From the NCBI GenBank assembly GCA_947649615.1, contig CANSSG010000007.1:5531-69530 (forward strand): a DNA stretch of 64,000 nucleotides, written 5' to 3'. The translations under genes were made by a program, and so were the position numbers. Under the pieces are notes generated by a model. It saw nothing but the letters and a program-made list of their open reading frames with translations. It did not search any database and had not been told where the DNA came from. Numbering within the stretch: position 1 is the first letter of the stretch; each line of letters begins with the position of its first letter. This document shows positions 53,998 to 63,628 of this stretch, piece after piece. Origin of the DNA: an uncultured Clostridia bacterium (GTDB lineage: Bacteria > Bacillota > Clostridia > Oscillospirales > Oscillospiraceae).

Positions 53998-55101
53998 TTA
54001 TTCTGACAGTGTCAAATCTCCATCTTTAATCCATCCGATCCTCCGGAAAAAGACCCCGAATCCCCAGCACAGCACCGCCGGGAGGATGAAGGATATCAAA
54101 ACCAGGCCAATCCAGTCCATGGCCCCGGGCGCGATGGCCGCCGCGCCGTTGGCAACGGCCCGCTCGCTGGGGGATATCCAGCCGGTCCATACGCCGATCT
54201 GGCCTACCAGGCCGCAGGTACCCATCCCGGCGGACACCGGCGCGCCGTTCATCTCCATGCGGAACACGCAGGTGGCAAGGGGTCCGGTGATGGCCGAGGT
54301 CAAAATGGCCGGGAGCCAGATTTTGGGGTTCTTGATGATATTGCCCATTTGCAGCATGGAGGTGCCAAGCCCCTGGCTCACCAGCCCGCCCCACCGGTTC
54401 TCACGGAAGGAGAGTACCGCGAAGCCCACCATGTTGGCGCAGCACCCCGCTACCGCCGCGCCGCCTGCCAGCCCGGTCAGCCCCAGAGCCGCGCAGATTG
54501 CCGCAGAGGAAATGGGCAGCGTCAGCGCTATGCCGATGACTACGCTGACCACAATGCCCATCAGGAAGGGCTGCAGGTCGGTGGCCCACATGATGATATT
54601 GCCTACGGCGGTGGCGGCGGTGCCGATGGCGGGCGCCCACCAGGCCGACAGGCCTACGCCTATCAAAATCGTCACCAGGGGCGTGACCAGGATGTCCACC
54701 TTGGTTTCCTTGCTGACGGCCTTGCCGCACTCGGCGGCGATGATGGCAATGAACAACACCGCTAAAGGCCCGCCCGCCCCGGGCTGGTTGGGTATCAGGC
54801 TGGTGCTGCCTAACGCGTTGGCCGCGTAGCCTACAGTGGCCAGGGAAAACAGAACCAGCGGCGGCGCTTGCAGGGCGCAGCCAATGGCGACGGCCATGGC
54901 CGAGCCGCTCATGGCGGAAGCGTATGCGCCCGCGTCTACCAGGAAGGGCAGGCCCATCTGCTCCCCCAAGGTTTTGACGATGGTGCCGATCAGCAGCGAG
55001 CAGAACAAGCCCTGGGCCATAGCCCCCAGGGCGTCTATGCCGTACCGCTTGGCCGAAAAGACGATGTTTTTGCGCTGAAGGAACCCGGTAATTTTATTCA
55101 T
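53998..55101 (-). CDS. PTS EIIC-like integral membrane protein (stand-alone)
   Basis: MNKITGFLQRKNIVFSAKRYGIDALGAMAQGLFCSLLIGTIVKTLG...; polytopic. I recall this N-terminus from the PTS_EIIC_2-type family. No EIIA or EIIB gene is adjacent. Confidence 0.5.
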   Translation of the reverse strand: MNKITGFLQRKNIVFSAKRYGIDALGAMAQGLFCSLLIGTIVKTLGEQMGLPFLVDAGAYASAMSGSAMAVAIGCALQAPPLVLFSLATVGYAANALGSTSLIPNQPGAGGPLAVLFIAIIAAECGKAVSKETKVDILVTPLVTILIGVGLSAWWAPAIGTAATAVGNIIMWATDLQPFLMGIVVSVVIGIALTLPISSAAICAALGLTGLAGGAAVAGCCANMVGFAVLSFRENRWGGLVSQGLGTSMLQMGNIIKNPKIWLPAILTSAITGPLATCVFRMEMNGAPVSAGMGTCGLVGQIGVWTGWISPSERAVANGAAAIAPGAMDWIGLVLISFILPAVLCWGFGVFFRRIGWIKDGDLTLSE

Positions 55102-55190
55102 ATTTATGTACCTGCTTTCACAGTCTGGCATATGTCATGACACATGCTTGTCCTATTGTAGCCGTTTTGCCGGATTTGTCAAGCCCTTTC

Positions 55191-55219
55191 TTGCGCTTTT
55201 GGAAAAAATCCGCTATAAT
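55191..55219 (+). promoter_or_regulatory. Promoter TTGCGC-17-TATAAT
   Basis: -35 at 55191-55196 and -10 at 55214-55219, upstream of apbE. Confidence 0.55.
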
Positions 55220-55237
55220 GTCCCCTGATGAAAGGGG

Positions 55238-56266
55238 GTGGCGGCGGTGAAGCGCCTGCGTTTTTTCACGCTCCTGCTGCTTTTGGCGGCGCTCTCCGGC
55301 TGCGGCGGCGGCAGCCCCCAGGGCGCAGACGTCCTGGCGATGGATACCGTGATGAAGCTGACCGTGTACGGCCAGACGGAGGGGCAGGGAGAAGCGGCCC
55401 TTCAGAAGGCCGTTGACGAAATTAAGGCATTGGAGGGCCTGCTCTCCGTAACGGATGAAGCCAGCGAAATTTACCGCGCCAACCACAGCCCGGGCAGGGC
55501 CGTTCCCCTGTCCGAGCCAACCCGGACGCTGCTGTCGGACGCGCTGGCCCTCTGCGCCGCCACGGACGGCGCCCTGGATGTGACGGTGTATCCCATCGTC
55601 CGGGCGTGGGGCTTTACCACAGGGTCCTACCGTGTCCCGGCGGAAGAGGAAATCCAATCCCTGCTGGCCCAGGTGGATTATTCCCGCGTTTCCCTTGATG
55701 GGGACGCCCTGACCCTCCCGGCAGGCATGGAACTGGATTTGGGCGCGGTGGCGAAAGGCTTTGCCGGAGACCGGCTGATGGCCCTGTTCCGGGAGGAGGG
55801 CGTGGAATCCGCGATCGTGGAGCTGGGCGGTAGCGTCCAGGCCTTGGGCTGCAAGCCGGACGGCTCCCCCTGGCAGGTGGCCCTGCAAGCGCCGGAGGGG
55901 GGCTTTGCCGGCGTATTGGAAATTGTGGACAAGGCGGTGGTAACCTCCGGCGGCTACCAGCGGTATTTTGAAAAAAACGGGGCGCGGTACATCCACATCA
56001 TCGACCCCAAAACCGGGCATCCTGCGGAGGCCGGGCTGGCGTCCGCCACCATTGTGGCCGGAAGCGGCCTTTTGGGCGACGGCCTGTCCACCGCGCTGTT
56101 CGTCATGGGCAGGGAGCGGGCGGAAGCCTATTGGCGCGCCCACGGGGGCTTTGAGTTTGTCCTGCTGACAGAAACGGGGCGCGTGGTCATTTCCGAGGGG
56201 CTGGAAGGGTGTTTCCGCCTGTATGGGGCGTGGGAGAACCGGCCGGTGGAGGTGGTGCGGCGGTAG
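55238..56266 (+). CDS. apbE: FAD:protein FMN transferase (ApbE) lipoprotein
   Basis: ...KRLRFFTLLLLLAALSGC (lipobox). LDVTVYPIVRAWGF, DLGAVAKGFAGDRL, GGYQRYFEKNGARYIHIIDPKTGHP. A GTG at 55247 is a possible true start. Confidence 0.9.
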   Translation: MAAVKRLRFFTLLLLLAALSGCGGGSPQGADVLAMDTVMKLTVYGQTEGQGEAALQKAVDEIKALEGLLSVTDEASEIYRANHSPGRAVPLSEPTRTLLSDALALCAATDGALDVTVYPIVRAWGFTTGSYRVPAEEEIQSLLAQVDYSRVSLDGDALTLPAGMELDLGAVAKGFAGDRLMALFREEGVESAIVELGGSVQALGCKPDGSPWQVALQAPEGGFAGVLEIVDKAVVTSGGYQRYFEKNGARYIHIIDPKTGHPAEAGLASATIVAGSGLLGDGLSTALFVMGRERAEAYWRAHGGFEFVLLTETGRVVISEGLEGCFRLYGAWENRPVEVVRR

Positions 56267-56323
56267 GCCGTTCGTTTTACGGCGTTCTTCAAAAAACACG
56301 TCAAAAGATTGGGTTGGAAACCA

Positions 56324-56352
56324 TTGACAAGGGCATGGCCTGTTTATATAAT
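56324..56352 (+). promoter_or_regulatory. Promoter TTGACA-17-TATAAT
   Basis: -35 at 56324-56329 and -10 at 56347-56352, upstream of the second MCP. Confidence 0.7.
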
Positions 56353-56412
56353 AGGTGAGGTCCCTTGTCATGGGGGACGCAGTTCAATGATAAAAAATTG
56401 GAGTGGAGAGAT

Positions 56413-58401
56413 ATGAAGAGTATTCGTAAAAAGATCACCGTCTGCCTGATGGCAACCGTCGTCATCGCCCTGGTCCTGGTCGGCTCTGTCAGTATCACGC
56501 TCAACTACAAGAACACCGTTGCCACGGTGGACCAGATGCTCAGCGAAACTGCTGTGCTGGCGGCAGAGCGTATCGAACAGGAATTGACCGCTTATAAAAA
56601 CGTAGCCATGGACACCGGCTGCATTCCCCAGTTGTCCGACCCGTCCGTCTCCGTGGAGGAAAAGCGCGCCGTGATTGACGAGCGCGTGGCCATGCACGGC
56701 TTCCAGCGGGGCAACGTGATCGGCCTGGACGGCATCAGCATTTTTGACGGCAAGGACTACTCCGACCGGGAATATGTGCAGCAGGCCATGGCCGGGAACA
56801 TCTACGTGTCCGAGCCGCTGGTCAGCAAGATCACCGGCGAACTGTCCATCATGGTGGCCGCGCCCATCTATAGCGGCGGGAGCCGGGACGGCCAGATTGC
56901 GGGGGTGGTCTATTTCGTTCCCCCAGAGACGTTCCTCAATAACATTGTCTCCTCTATCCAGGTCAGCGCGAACTGCCGGGCTTATATGATCAACAAAACC
57001 GGCGACACCATCGCCGACACCACCCTGGAAACCATTACCACCCTGGAAACCATTACCACCCAGAATATCGAGCGGGACGCCCAGTCTGACCGTTCCTTAA
57101 AGGGCTTGGCCGCCATCCACGCAGAGATGCGCCAGGGGAAGAACGGCTTCGGCGGCTATAACGCTTCCGACGGTCCCCGGTACGTGGCCTACGCCCCTGT
57201 CGGCGGCACCGACGGTTGGAGCGTAGCCGTTACCTCCATGAAGAAGGACTATCTGGCCGATACATATTTTGGCATGCTGCTGAACGTGCTGGTGGTAATT
57301 GTTGCCAGTCTCGCGTCCATCGTGGTGGCTGTGAAGCTCTCTGACAACATCAGCATCCCCATGCGGGCCTGCGCCGAGCGGATGAAGCTGCTGGTGGCGG
57401 GCGACCCCTCCCCCGTTCCCCAGACCAGGGGGCAGGATGAAACTGCGGAGCTGACCCGCTCCACGGCGGAAATGGTGCAAGGGCTGAACACCATTATCAA
57501 CGACATTGACCATCTGCTGACAGAGATGGCCAATCAAAACCTGGACATTCAGTCCGCCCACCGGGATGCCTACGTGGGTGACTTCCAGAGCATCCTGGTC
57601 TCCATGCGTACGCTGAAAACGGAACTGAGCAGCACCATGCGGCAGATTAACGCTTCCGCCGGACAGGTGTCCTCCGCCAGCGGCCAGGTTTCCACCGGCG
57701 CCCAAACCCTGAGCGAGGGTTCCATGGAGCAGGCCAGTTCCGTGGAAGAGCTGGCGGCGACCATCACCGACATCTCTACCAGCGCCAAGCAGACTGCCGC
57801 CGCCGCCAAGGAGGCGGGTGAGTTTGTCAATCAGGCCGGCGCACAGCTTGGCGTCAGCGTGGAGCACGTCAAGGAACTGAACGCGGCTATGGAAAAAATC
57901 TCCAAGTCCTCCGAGGAAATTTCCAAGATTATCGCCGCCATTGAGAACATCGCCTTCCAAACCAACATCCTGGCCCTGAACGCCGCCGTGGAAGCCGCCC
58001 GGGCCGGGTCTGCCGGCAAGGGCTTCGCCGTTGTGGCCGATGAAGTACGAAACCTGGCCTCTAAGTCCGATGAAGCGGCCAAGGCTACCAAGGATCTGAT
58101 CGGAGGTTCCATCGCCGCTGTAACCGAGGGCAGCCAGGCGGTGAATAACGTCACCGCTTCCCTGGAGCAGACCAGCATTTACGCCGGCCATGTAACGACC
58201 CAGATGGATATTGTCGTCTCCGCCGTGGAGAACCAGACCAACGCCATCACCCAGGTCACCGAGGGCATCGACCAGATTTCCGCCGTGGTGCAGACCAACT
58301 CCGCCACTGCGGAGGAGAGTGCCGCTGCCAGCGAGCAGCTGTCCGCCGAGGCAGCCAGTCTCAAGCAGCTTGTGGATCAGTTTACGCTGGCGAGAGACTG
58401 A
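56413..58401 (+). CDS. Methyl-accepting chemotaxis protein (Cache sensor, HAMP, MCP domain); paralogue of 15027-16973
   Basis: Start at [21 protein letters not shown]. Signalling region [48 protein letters not shown]. Confidence 0.93.
   Translation: MKSIRKKITVCLMATVVIALVLVGSVSITLNYKNTVATVDQMLSETAVLAAERIEQELTAYKNVAMDTGCIPQLSDPSVSVEEKRAVIDERVAMHGFQRGNVIGLDGISIFDGKDYSDREYVQQAMAGNIYVSEPLVSKITGELSIMVAAPIYSGGSRDGQIAGVVYFVPPETFLNNIVSSIQVSANCRAYMINKTGDTIADTTLETITTLETITTQNIERDAQSDRSLKGLAAIHAEMRQGKNGFGGYNASDGPRYVAYAPVGGTDGWSVAVTSMKKDYLADTYFGMLLNVLVVIVASLASIVVAVKLSDNISIPMRACAERMKLLVAGDPSPVPQTRGQDETAELTRSTAEMVQGLNTIINDIDHLLTEMANQNLDIQSAHRDAYVGDFQSILVSMRTLKTELSSTMRQINASAGQVSSASGQVSTGAQTLSEGSMEQASSVEELAATITDISTSAKQTAAAAKEAGEFVNQAGAQLGVSVEHVKELNAAMEKISKSSEEISKIIAAIENIAFQTNILALNAAVEAARAGSAGKGFAVVADEVRNLASKSDEAAKATKDLIGGSIAAVTEGSQAVNNVTASLEQTSIYAGHVTTQMDIVVSAVENQTNAITQVTEGIDQISAVVQTNSATAEESAAASEQLSAEAASLKQLVDQFTLARD
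57022..57057 (+). repeat. Perfect 18-bp tandem duplication (ACCCTGGAAACCATTACC x2) encoding [12 protein letters not shown]
   Basis: Read directly at 57022-57039 and 57040-57057, in frame inside the MCP sensor region. Confidence 0.95.
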
Positions 58402-58422
58402 GTTTTGCGACTGCCTTTTTAT

Positions 58423-58463
58423 GAACCCCCCGCCGTCCAGGTCATCCGGACGGCGGGGGGTTC
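58423..58463. terminator. 16-bp GC-rich hairpin between convergent genes
   Basis: GAACCCCCCGCCGTCC-loop-GGACGGCGGGGGGTTC. No clear U-tract on either strand. Confidence 0.5.
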
Positions 58464-58495
58464 TACATCATCAGGAAATCGTAGATGGTATGTCG

Positions 58496-59398
58496 TTACG
58501 CCTTCGCGGAAGGGCCGCCTGGGGCGCGCAGGAAGGCGAACTTGGTCTCGCTGCAAACCACCGCCACAAAAATCAGCGCGAATCCGGCCAGCATCCGCCC
58601 GTTGACCTGGTCTCCGGCGAACAGCACGGAGCACAACACGCCAAACACCGATTCCAGGGACAAAATCACCGACGCCGACGCCGGGTCAGACCAAACTTGT
58701 CCCACGTTCTGGAACAGCAGCGCCACCGTGGTAGCCATAACCGCCAGATACGCCAGCGGCAGCAGCACCTCCGGCCGGGCGAGGGCCTGGGCGGGGAAGG
58801 TTTCCGTCAGCGCCCCGCCAATCCAGGCGTACAGCCCCGCAAAGGCGAACTGGAACACCGTGAGCAGGTAAATGTCCTTTCCCGGCGAGACCTTCGCCAC
58901 AGAAACGATGTGCATGGCGTAAAAGATCGCGCAGACCAAGGTCAGGCCGTCGCCGGGGTTGATGGACAGATCCCCGGTCAGGCTCACCAGCCCCACCCCC
59001 GCCACGCATAAAACCGCCGCCAGGACGTTGTAGCGGTCCGGCTTTACCCGGGCGAAGGCCCAGTATAAAAAGGGGACAAGGACGCAGTACACCGCTGTCA
59101 AAAAGGCGTTTTTGGACGGCGTGGTCATGGTCAGGCCGTAGGTCTGCACCGAGTAGGCCATATACAGCATCGTCCCGATAACCGCCCCCCGCCACAGGTA
59201 ATCCGGCGTGAACCGCGCCCATTTCTTCCAGCACAGCAGCCCCAGCAGCACCGCGCCGGCGGTAAACCGGATGGCCAGCAGGTATTGAACCGGCAGCAGG
59301 TCCAGGGCGTCCTTCATAATAAAAAAGGAGCTTCCCCAGATAAACGCCGCCAGAAGCAGCATAGGCTTGGCAAGCATTCTCATTACTTTTTCGTTCAT
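58496..59398 (-). CDS. DMT-superfamily (EamA) transporter
   Basis: MNEKVMRMLAKPMLLLAAFIWGSSFFIMKDALDLLPVQYLLAIRF...; ten hydrophobic segments. Tandem ATGs at 59401 and 59398. Confidence 0.82.
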   Translation of the reverse strand: MNEKVMRMLAKPMLLLAAFIWGSSFFIMKDALDLLPVQYLLAIRFTAGAVLLGLLCWKKWARFTPDYLWRGAVIGTMLYMAYSVQTYGLTMTTPSKNAFLTAVYCVLVPFLYWAFARVKPDRYNVLAAVLCVAGVGLVSLTGDLSINPGDGLTLVCAIFYAMHIVSVAKVSPGKDIYLLTVFQFAFAGLYAWIGGALTETFPAQALARPEVLLPLAYLAVMATTVALLFQNVGQVWSDPASASVILSLESVFGVLCSVLFAGDQVNGRMLAGFALIFVAVVCSETKFAFLRAPGGPSAKA

Positions 59399-59481
59399 CA
59401 TTTCCACCTCATTCTTGCAATCAAGCGCCACCCTATGATACAATGGGCGCTAAGACGATATACTACCAGAGAGGTTGAGAA

Positions 59482-60096
59482 ATGGCAAGACTTGACGAAA
59501 AATTTTTTCTCCAGGACACCGTCCAGGCCGCCCAGGCCTTGCTGGGCCGCTACCTGGTCCGGGTGGACGGCGGGGAAACCATGGTTTGCCGGATCACCGA
59601 GACGGAGGCCTATGTGGGGTCCGTTGATAAGGCCTGCCACGCCTATGGCGGCAGGCGCACGAAACGCACGGAAACCCTTTACGCCGCGCCCGGTACGGCC
59701 TACGTTTATCTAATCTACGGCATGTATAGCTGCCTAAATTTTGTCACCGGCCCCATAGGGGAAGCCTCCGCCATCCTGATCCGCGGCGGTGTGCCGGTGT
59801 ATGGCGGCGATGGGGCCGCGCGGCGGCGGTTCGGCCTTCCTATGGAAGAAATGTCCGCCTACCAGCGGAAAAATTTCCTCAACGGGCCGGGCAAGCTCTG
59901 CAAGGGCCTTGCCATTGACCGCACCCTCAACGGCCTGCCGCTGGGGAGCGAAGCCCTCTATCTGGCCCATGACCTGCCGGAGCTGGGGCTGCCGGAGCGG
60001 CCGGGGGATTTGCCCTTCCACACGGGGAAGCGGGTGGGGATCGACTACGCGGAAGAAGCCGTTGATTTTCCCTGGCGGTTCTGGCTGGACGGATAA
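59482..60096 (+). CDS. mpg: DNA-3-methyladenine glycosylase (Mpg/AAG family)
   Basis: FFLQDTVQAAQALLGRYLVR...ITETEAYVGSVDKACHAYGGRRTKRTETLYAAPGTAYVYLIYGMYSCLNFV. Confidence 0.9.
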   Translation: MARLDEKFFLQDTVQAAQALLGRYLVRVDGGETMVCRITETEAYVGSVDKACHAYGGRRTKRTETLYAAPGTAYVYLIYGMYSCLNFVTGPIGEASAILIRGGVPVYGGDGAARRRFGLPMEEMSAYQRKNFLNGPGKLCKGLAIDRTLNGLPLGSEALYLAHDLPELGLPERPGDLPFHTGKRVGIDYAEEAVDFPWRFWLDG

Positions 60097-60109
60097 GAAG
60101 GAGGATTCT

Positions 60110-60733
60110 ATGCTGATTTTTGACCTGGACGGCACCCTTATTGATTCCAATGGCGTTTGGCTGGAGGTGGACAAGGTGTTCCTTGCCCGCCACGGCCTTG
60201 CGTACAGCCAGGAATACCACGACGGCGTAGCCCACTCCATTTTGCAAAACTGCGCGGTTTTCACAAAAAACCACTTTCAGATGGAGGAAACCTGCGAGGA
60301 GATTATTGCCGAGTGGATAAAGCTGGCAGAAAACGCCTATGGCGAGGTGCCTTTGAAGCCCCACGTACGGGAATACCTGGACCGGTGCAAGGCGGCGGGG
60401 CATCGGATGGCGGTGTTTACCGCTTGCGTCCCCCAGCACTGCCGGACGGCGGTGGCCCGCCACGGGTTAGGCCAGTATTTTGAGCGGATTATTTACGCCC
60501 AGGAATTGGGCGAGGACAAGAAATCCCCCGCCATTTTCCGCCATGTAGCCCAGCTTTTGGGCGTGAAGCCCCAGGAATGCGTCTTGTTTGACGATTCCCT
60601 CGCCGCCTGCAAGGGGGCCAAGGCCGCCGGAATGACCGTGGTGGGCGTAGCCGACCTCTATCACGCCGGCACGGAGCCGGATATGCGGGAGCTGTGCGAC
60701 CAGTATATTCAGGACTTTGGGGCGCTTTTATAG
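60110..60733 (+). CDS. HAD-superfamily hydrolase
   Basis: MLIFDLDGTLIDSNGVW (motif I), ...FDDSLAACKGAKAAGM (motif IV). RBS AAGGAGGA. Confidence 0.85.
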   Translation: MLIFDLDGTLIDSNGVWLEVDKVFLARHGLAYSQEYHDGVAHSILQNCAVFTKNHFQMEETCEEIIAEWIKLAENAYGEVPLKPHVREYLDRCKAAGHRMAVFTACVPQHCRTAVARHGLGQYFERIIYAQELGEDKKSPAIFRHVAQLLGVKPQECVLFDDSLAACKGAKAAGMTVVGVADLYHAGTEPDMRELCDQYIQDFGALL

Positions 60734-60821
60734 ATTGATAAATCCTTGACAATCCTCCCTTCCAAGGGGTATAATATGATCCAGCAGAGACGAAATCCTG
60801 AGAAAGGACATAGATTTTCAT

Positions 60822-62750
60822 ATGTTTACCATTACGTTCCGTTTCGAGACCGGCGAGCCGGTGTCCATCGATGCCAACCCCGGCGAAAAGCTCCTGGACG
60901 TGGCCCGGAAGGCCAATGTAGCCATCGACGCCCCCTGCTCCGGCAACGGCGTATGCGGCAAATGCCGGGTCCGGCTGGCCTCTGGCAGCCTGGACGCGCC
61001 CATCAACCGCCATATCACCAAGGACGAGTATGACGCAGGCTGGCGGCTGGCCTGCCTGGCCACCATCACCGGCGACGCGGAGATTGAGGTGCCGGATATC
61101 GCTTCCGCCTACCGCTCCCGGATGAAGATGGCGGACCTTAGCTCCCCGGAGGAAATTGCCATTTTTGAGAACCTGCGCAAGCAGTTGGAGGACGCGGGCA
61201 TCGCTTTCGGCAGCGATCTGTCCTTCCTGCCCTTGGATCTGGAGGAACCCAGCCTGGACGACACCATGCCCGACAACGAGCGGCTGCTCCGGGCGGTGGA
61301 AGCCGCCACCGGCGTGGATGAGAGCGCCATCATGCTCCCCTACGCGGTGCTGAAAAACCTGAGCCAGGTGTTGCGGGAGAGCAATTTCAAGGTCAAGTGC
61401 GTCATTTCCCGGGATGGAGACCGCATTCTCATGCGGGACGTGCTGCCTGGGGACAGCACCGACCCCCTGGTGGGCTTCGCCCTGGATTTAGGCACCACCT
61501 CCCTGGCGGGCGTGCTGGTGGATTTGGAGAGCGGCAAAATCCTTGCCAAGGCCAGCGGCGGCAACGGCCAGATCCGCTACGGCGCGGACGTTATCAACCG
61601 GATCATCGAATCCGGCAAGCCTGACGGCCGCAAGCGCCTCCAGGACGCGGTTATTAAGGAATCCATTATCCCCATGCTCTCGTTCATGTACCGCGCCGCT
61701 GACATCAACCCCCGGCGGGTTTACCGCATGGTACTGGCAGGGAACACCACCATGAACCACCTGCTGCTGGGCCTCCACGCCGACCCCATCCGGATGGAGC
61801 CGTTTGTCCCCAGCTTTTTCCGCACAGACCATCTGTTTGTCCGGGATATCGGGCTGAAGATGAACCCTCTGGCAGAATTGATCATCGCCCCCAACATCGG
61901 CAGCTATGTAGGCGGCGACATTACGGCGGGTGCGCTGGTGTCCATGATCTGGAACAGCCCGGAAATGAGCCTGTTCATCGACTTAGGCACCAACGGCGAG
62001 CTGGTGTTTGGCAACGAGGAATTCCAGATGAGCTGCGCCTGCTCCGCCGGCCCCGCCTTCGAGGGCGGCGACATCTCCTGCGGCATGCGGGCCACCGACG
62101 GCGCGATTGAAGCCTGTTCCATCGACAAGGACACCATGGAGCCCGCTATGGCCGTGGTAGGGGACGTCCCCCCGGCGGGCATCTGCGGCAGCGGCATCAT
62201 CGACATTATCGCGGAACTGTTCCGCTGCGGCATCATCAACGGCAAGGGCAAATTTGTCCGGGAAGGGGAGCGGGTCCTTCATGATGAGCACGGCATGGGT
62301 TCCTACGTGCTGGCCTGGAAGAAGGATACCGGCGGGGCCAAGGACGTGGTTATCAACGAGGTGGATATTGACAACTTCATCCGGGCCAAGGGTGCGATTT
62401 TCTCCGCTACCCAGACTATGCTGCACTCCCTGGGGTTCGATGCTTCCGTGATTGAGCGGGTCTACGTGGCCGGCGGCATCGGCAGCGGCATCAATATGAA
62501 AAACGCCGTCACCATCGGCATGTTCCCGGATATCCCCTTGGAGAACTTCCACTATATCGGCAACTCCTCCCAAACCGGTGCATACGCCATGCTGCTGAGC
62601 GCCCAGGCCCGGGAGAAGGTGTTTGAACTGAGCCGTTCCATGACCTACCTGGAGCTTTCCAACGAGCCGGGGTACATGGACGAGTTTGTCGCCGCCTGCT
62701 TCCTGCCCCACACCGACGCGTCCCTGTTCCCCAGCGTAAGCCAGGACTGA
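60822..62750 (+). CDS. 2Fe-2S ferredoxin-domain plus ASKHA-ATPase (DUF4445) protein, RACo-like corrinoid activase family
   Basis: The N-terminus reads IDAPCSGNGVCGKCRVRL, a plant-type ferredoxin Cys pattern. The ASKHA-like core has LDLGTTSLAG and IDLGTNGELV phosphate motifs. Confidence 0.75.
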   Translation: MFTITFRFETGEPVSIDANPGEKLLDVARKANVAIDAPCSGNGVCGKCRVRLASGSLDAPINRHITKDEYDAGWRLACLATITGDAEIEVPDIASAYRSRMKMADLSSPEEIAIFENLRKQLEDAGIAFGSDLSFLPLDLEEPSLDDTMPDNERLLRAVEAATGVDESAIMLPYAVLKNLSQVLRESNFKVKCVISRDGDRILMRDVLPGDSTDPLVGFALDLGTTSLAGVLVDLESGKILAKASGGNGQIRYGADVINRIIESGKPDGRKRLQDAVIKESIIPMLSFMYRAADINPRRVYRMVLAGNTTMNHLLLGLHADPIRMEPFVPSFFRTDHLFVRDIGLKMNPLAELIIAPNIGSYVGGDITAGALVSMIWNSPEMSLFIDLGTNGELVFGNEEFQMSCACSAGPAFEGGDISCGMRATDGAIEACSIDKDTMEPAMAVVGDVPPAGICGSGIIDIIAELFRCGIINGKGKFVREGERVLHDEHGMGSYVLAWKKDTGGAKDVVINEVDIDNFIRAKGAIFSATQTMLHSLGFDASVIERVYVAGGIGSGINMKNAVTIGMFPDIPLENFHYIGNSSQTGAYAMLLSAQAREKVFELSRSMTYLELSNEPGYMDEFVAACFLPHTDASLFPSVSQD

Positions 62751-62763
62751 CCGGAGGAACGCT

Positions 62764-62985
62764 ATGACGGAGACCCTTCGTGTGACCTACATAAACTGCG
62801 ATTTCTGCACTGCCAAGAACCACTGCACCGCCTGCGGCGGGGAATTGGCCCAGGCCTTGCTGCAAAAGCCCGGGATTCACGCCGCCGGAATCAACCTCCC
62901 CGACCACGCCTTGCAGATTTCCCACAGCCTGGCGTCTGACGCGCTGGAGGATTTGCTGGACGGGATGGGGCTGTTGGTGGGATAA
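62764..62985 (+). CDS. Hypothetical 73-aa protein with CxxC-x6-CxxC
   Basis: MTETLRVTYINCDFCTAKNHCTACGGELAQALLQKPGIHAAGINLPDHALQISH.... RBS GGAGGA. Lies 13 nt after the preceding gene. Confidence 0.5.
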   Translation: MTETLRVTYINCDFCTAKNHCTACGGELAQALLQKPGIHAAGINLPDHALQISHSLASDALEDLLDGMGLLVG

Positions 62986-63005
62986 CCGTTCTTGAAAGGT
63001 TCTTC

Positions 63006-63560
63006 ATGAAAAAACTACTGCTGCTTACAGGCGGTCTTGCCGCAGGTAAATCCACATTTTCCCGCATACTGTCCACGCGGTACGGAACTGCCGCCTTTCA
63101 GAAGGATACGGTGAAGGAACTCCTGTGCGATCATATTGGGTTTCGCAGCCGTGAGGAAAATAAAGCGCTTTCCAACGCCGCCGTAGACGCCATGTGCCAC
63201 ATATTTTCCCGGATTTCCTTGACAGGAGCCAGCCTGATCCTTGAAGCAAATTTCCATGAGGATGAGTTGGAAAAACTGCATTCTATCGCCCGAGAGAGCC
63301 AATACGACGTATTGACGCTGGTTCTGCACGGCGACGCGGAAGTTTTGTACCGCCGGTATCTCCACCGCATGCGGGAAGAAAACCGCCATCCCGCCCATTC
63401 CTCACTCTCTCTGGAGGAAAAAGCGGGCTTCATTAAAATGGCGGAGCTCATCCAGCAGGAACAGGTGCCGGGAAAAACGCTGGTAATCGAAGCTACAGAG
63501 TTTTCCTATCAGGATGATCCCGCTATCCTGGCGCAGATTGATCATTTTATGAATGATTGA
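63006..63560 (+). CDS. P-loop NTPase / small kinase-like protein
   Basis: MKKLLLLTGGLAAGKSTFSRIL (Walker A); 184 aa. Confidence 0.7.
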   Translation: MKKLLLLTGGLAAGKSTFSRILSTRYGTAAFQKDTVKELLCDHIGFRSREENKALSNAAVDAMCHIFSRISLTGASLILEANFHEDELEKLHSIARESQYDVLTLVLHGDAEVLYRRYLHRMREENRHPAHSSLSLEEKAGFIKMAELIQQEQVPGKTLVIEATEFSYQDDPAILAQIDHFMND

Positions 63561-63579
63561 TTTCGTATACAGAAAAACA

Positions 63580-63620
63580 AACGGAACCGCGCATACGCCG
63601 CGCGGTTCCGTTCCTTTTTT
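63580..63620. terminator. Bidirectional intrinsic terminator
   Basis: AACGGAACCGCGC-ATACGCC-GCGCGGTTCCGTT followed by CCTTTTTT, with an A-rich tract upstream. Confidence 0.85.
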
Positions 63621-63628
63621 ACATGGTT

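Noticed and set aside
50931-56371. Minus-strand ORFs 50931-52274, 53171-53989 and 55118-56371, and plus-strand ORF 54086-54829.
   Set aside because: All are antisense or alternative frames of well-supported genes (SLH hydrolase, capA, apbE, EIIC-like), and their translations are low-complexity.
15027-58401. The two MCP genes as a long inverted repeat that might drive inversion of the intervening 40 kb.
   Set aside because: Spot alignment of the most conserved signalling segment shows only about 80% nucleotide identity, with scattered mismatches. That is ordinary paralogy, too diverged for efficient homologous recombination.
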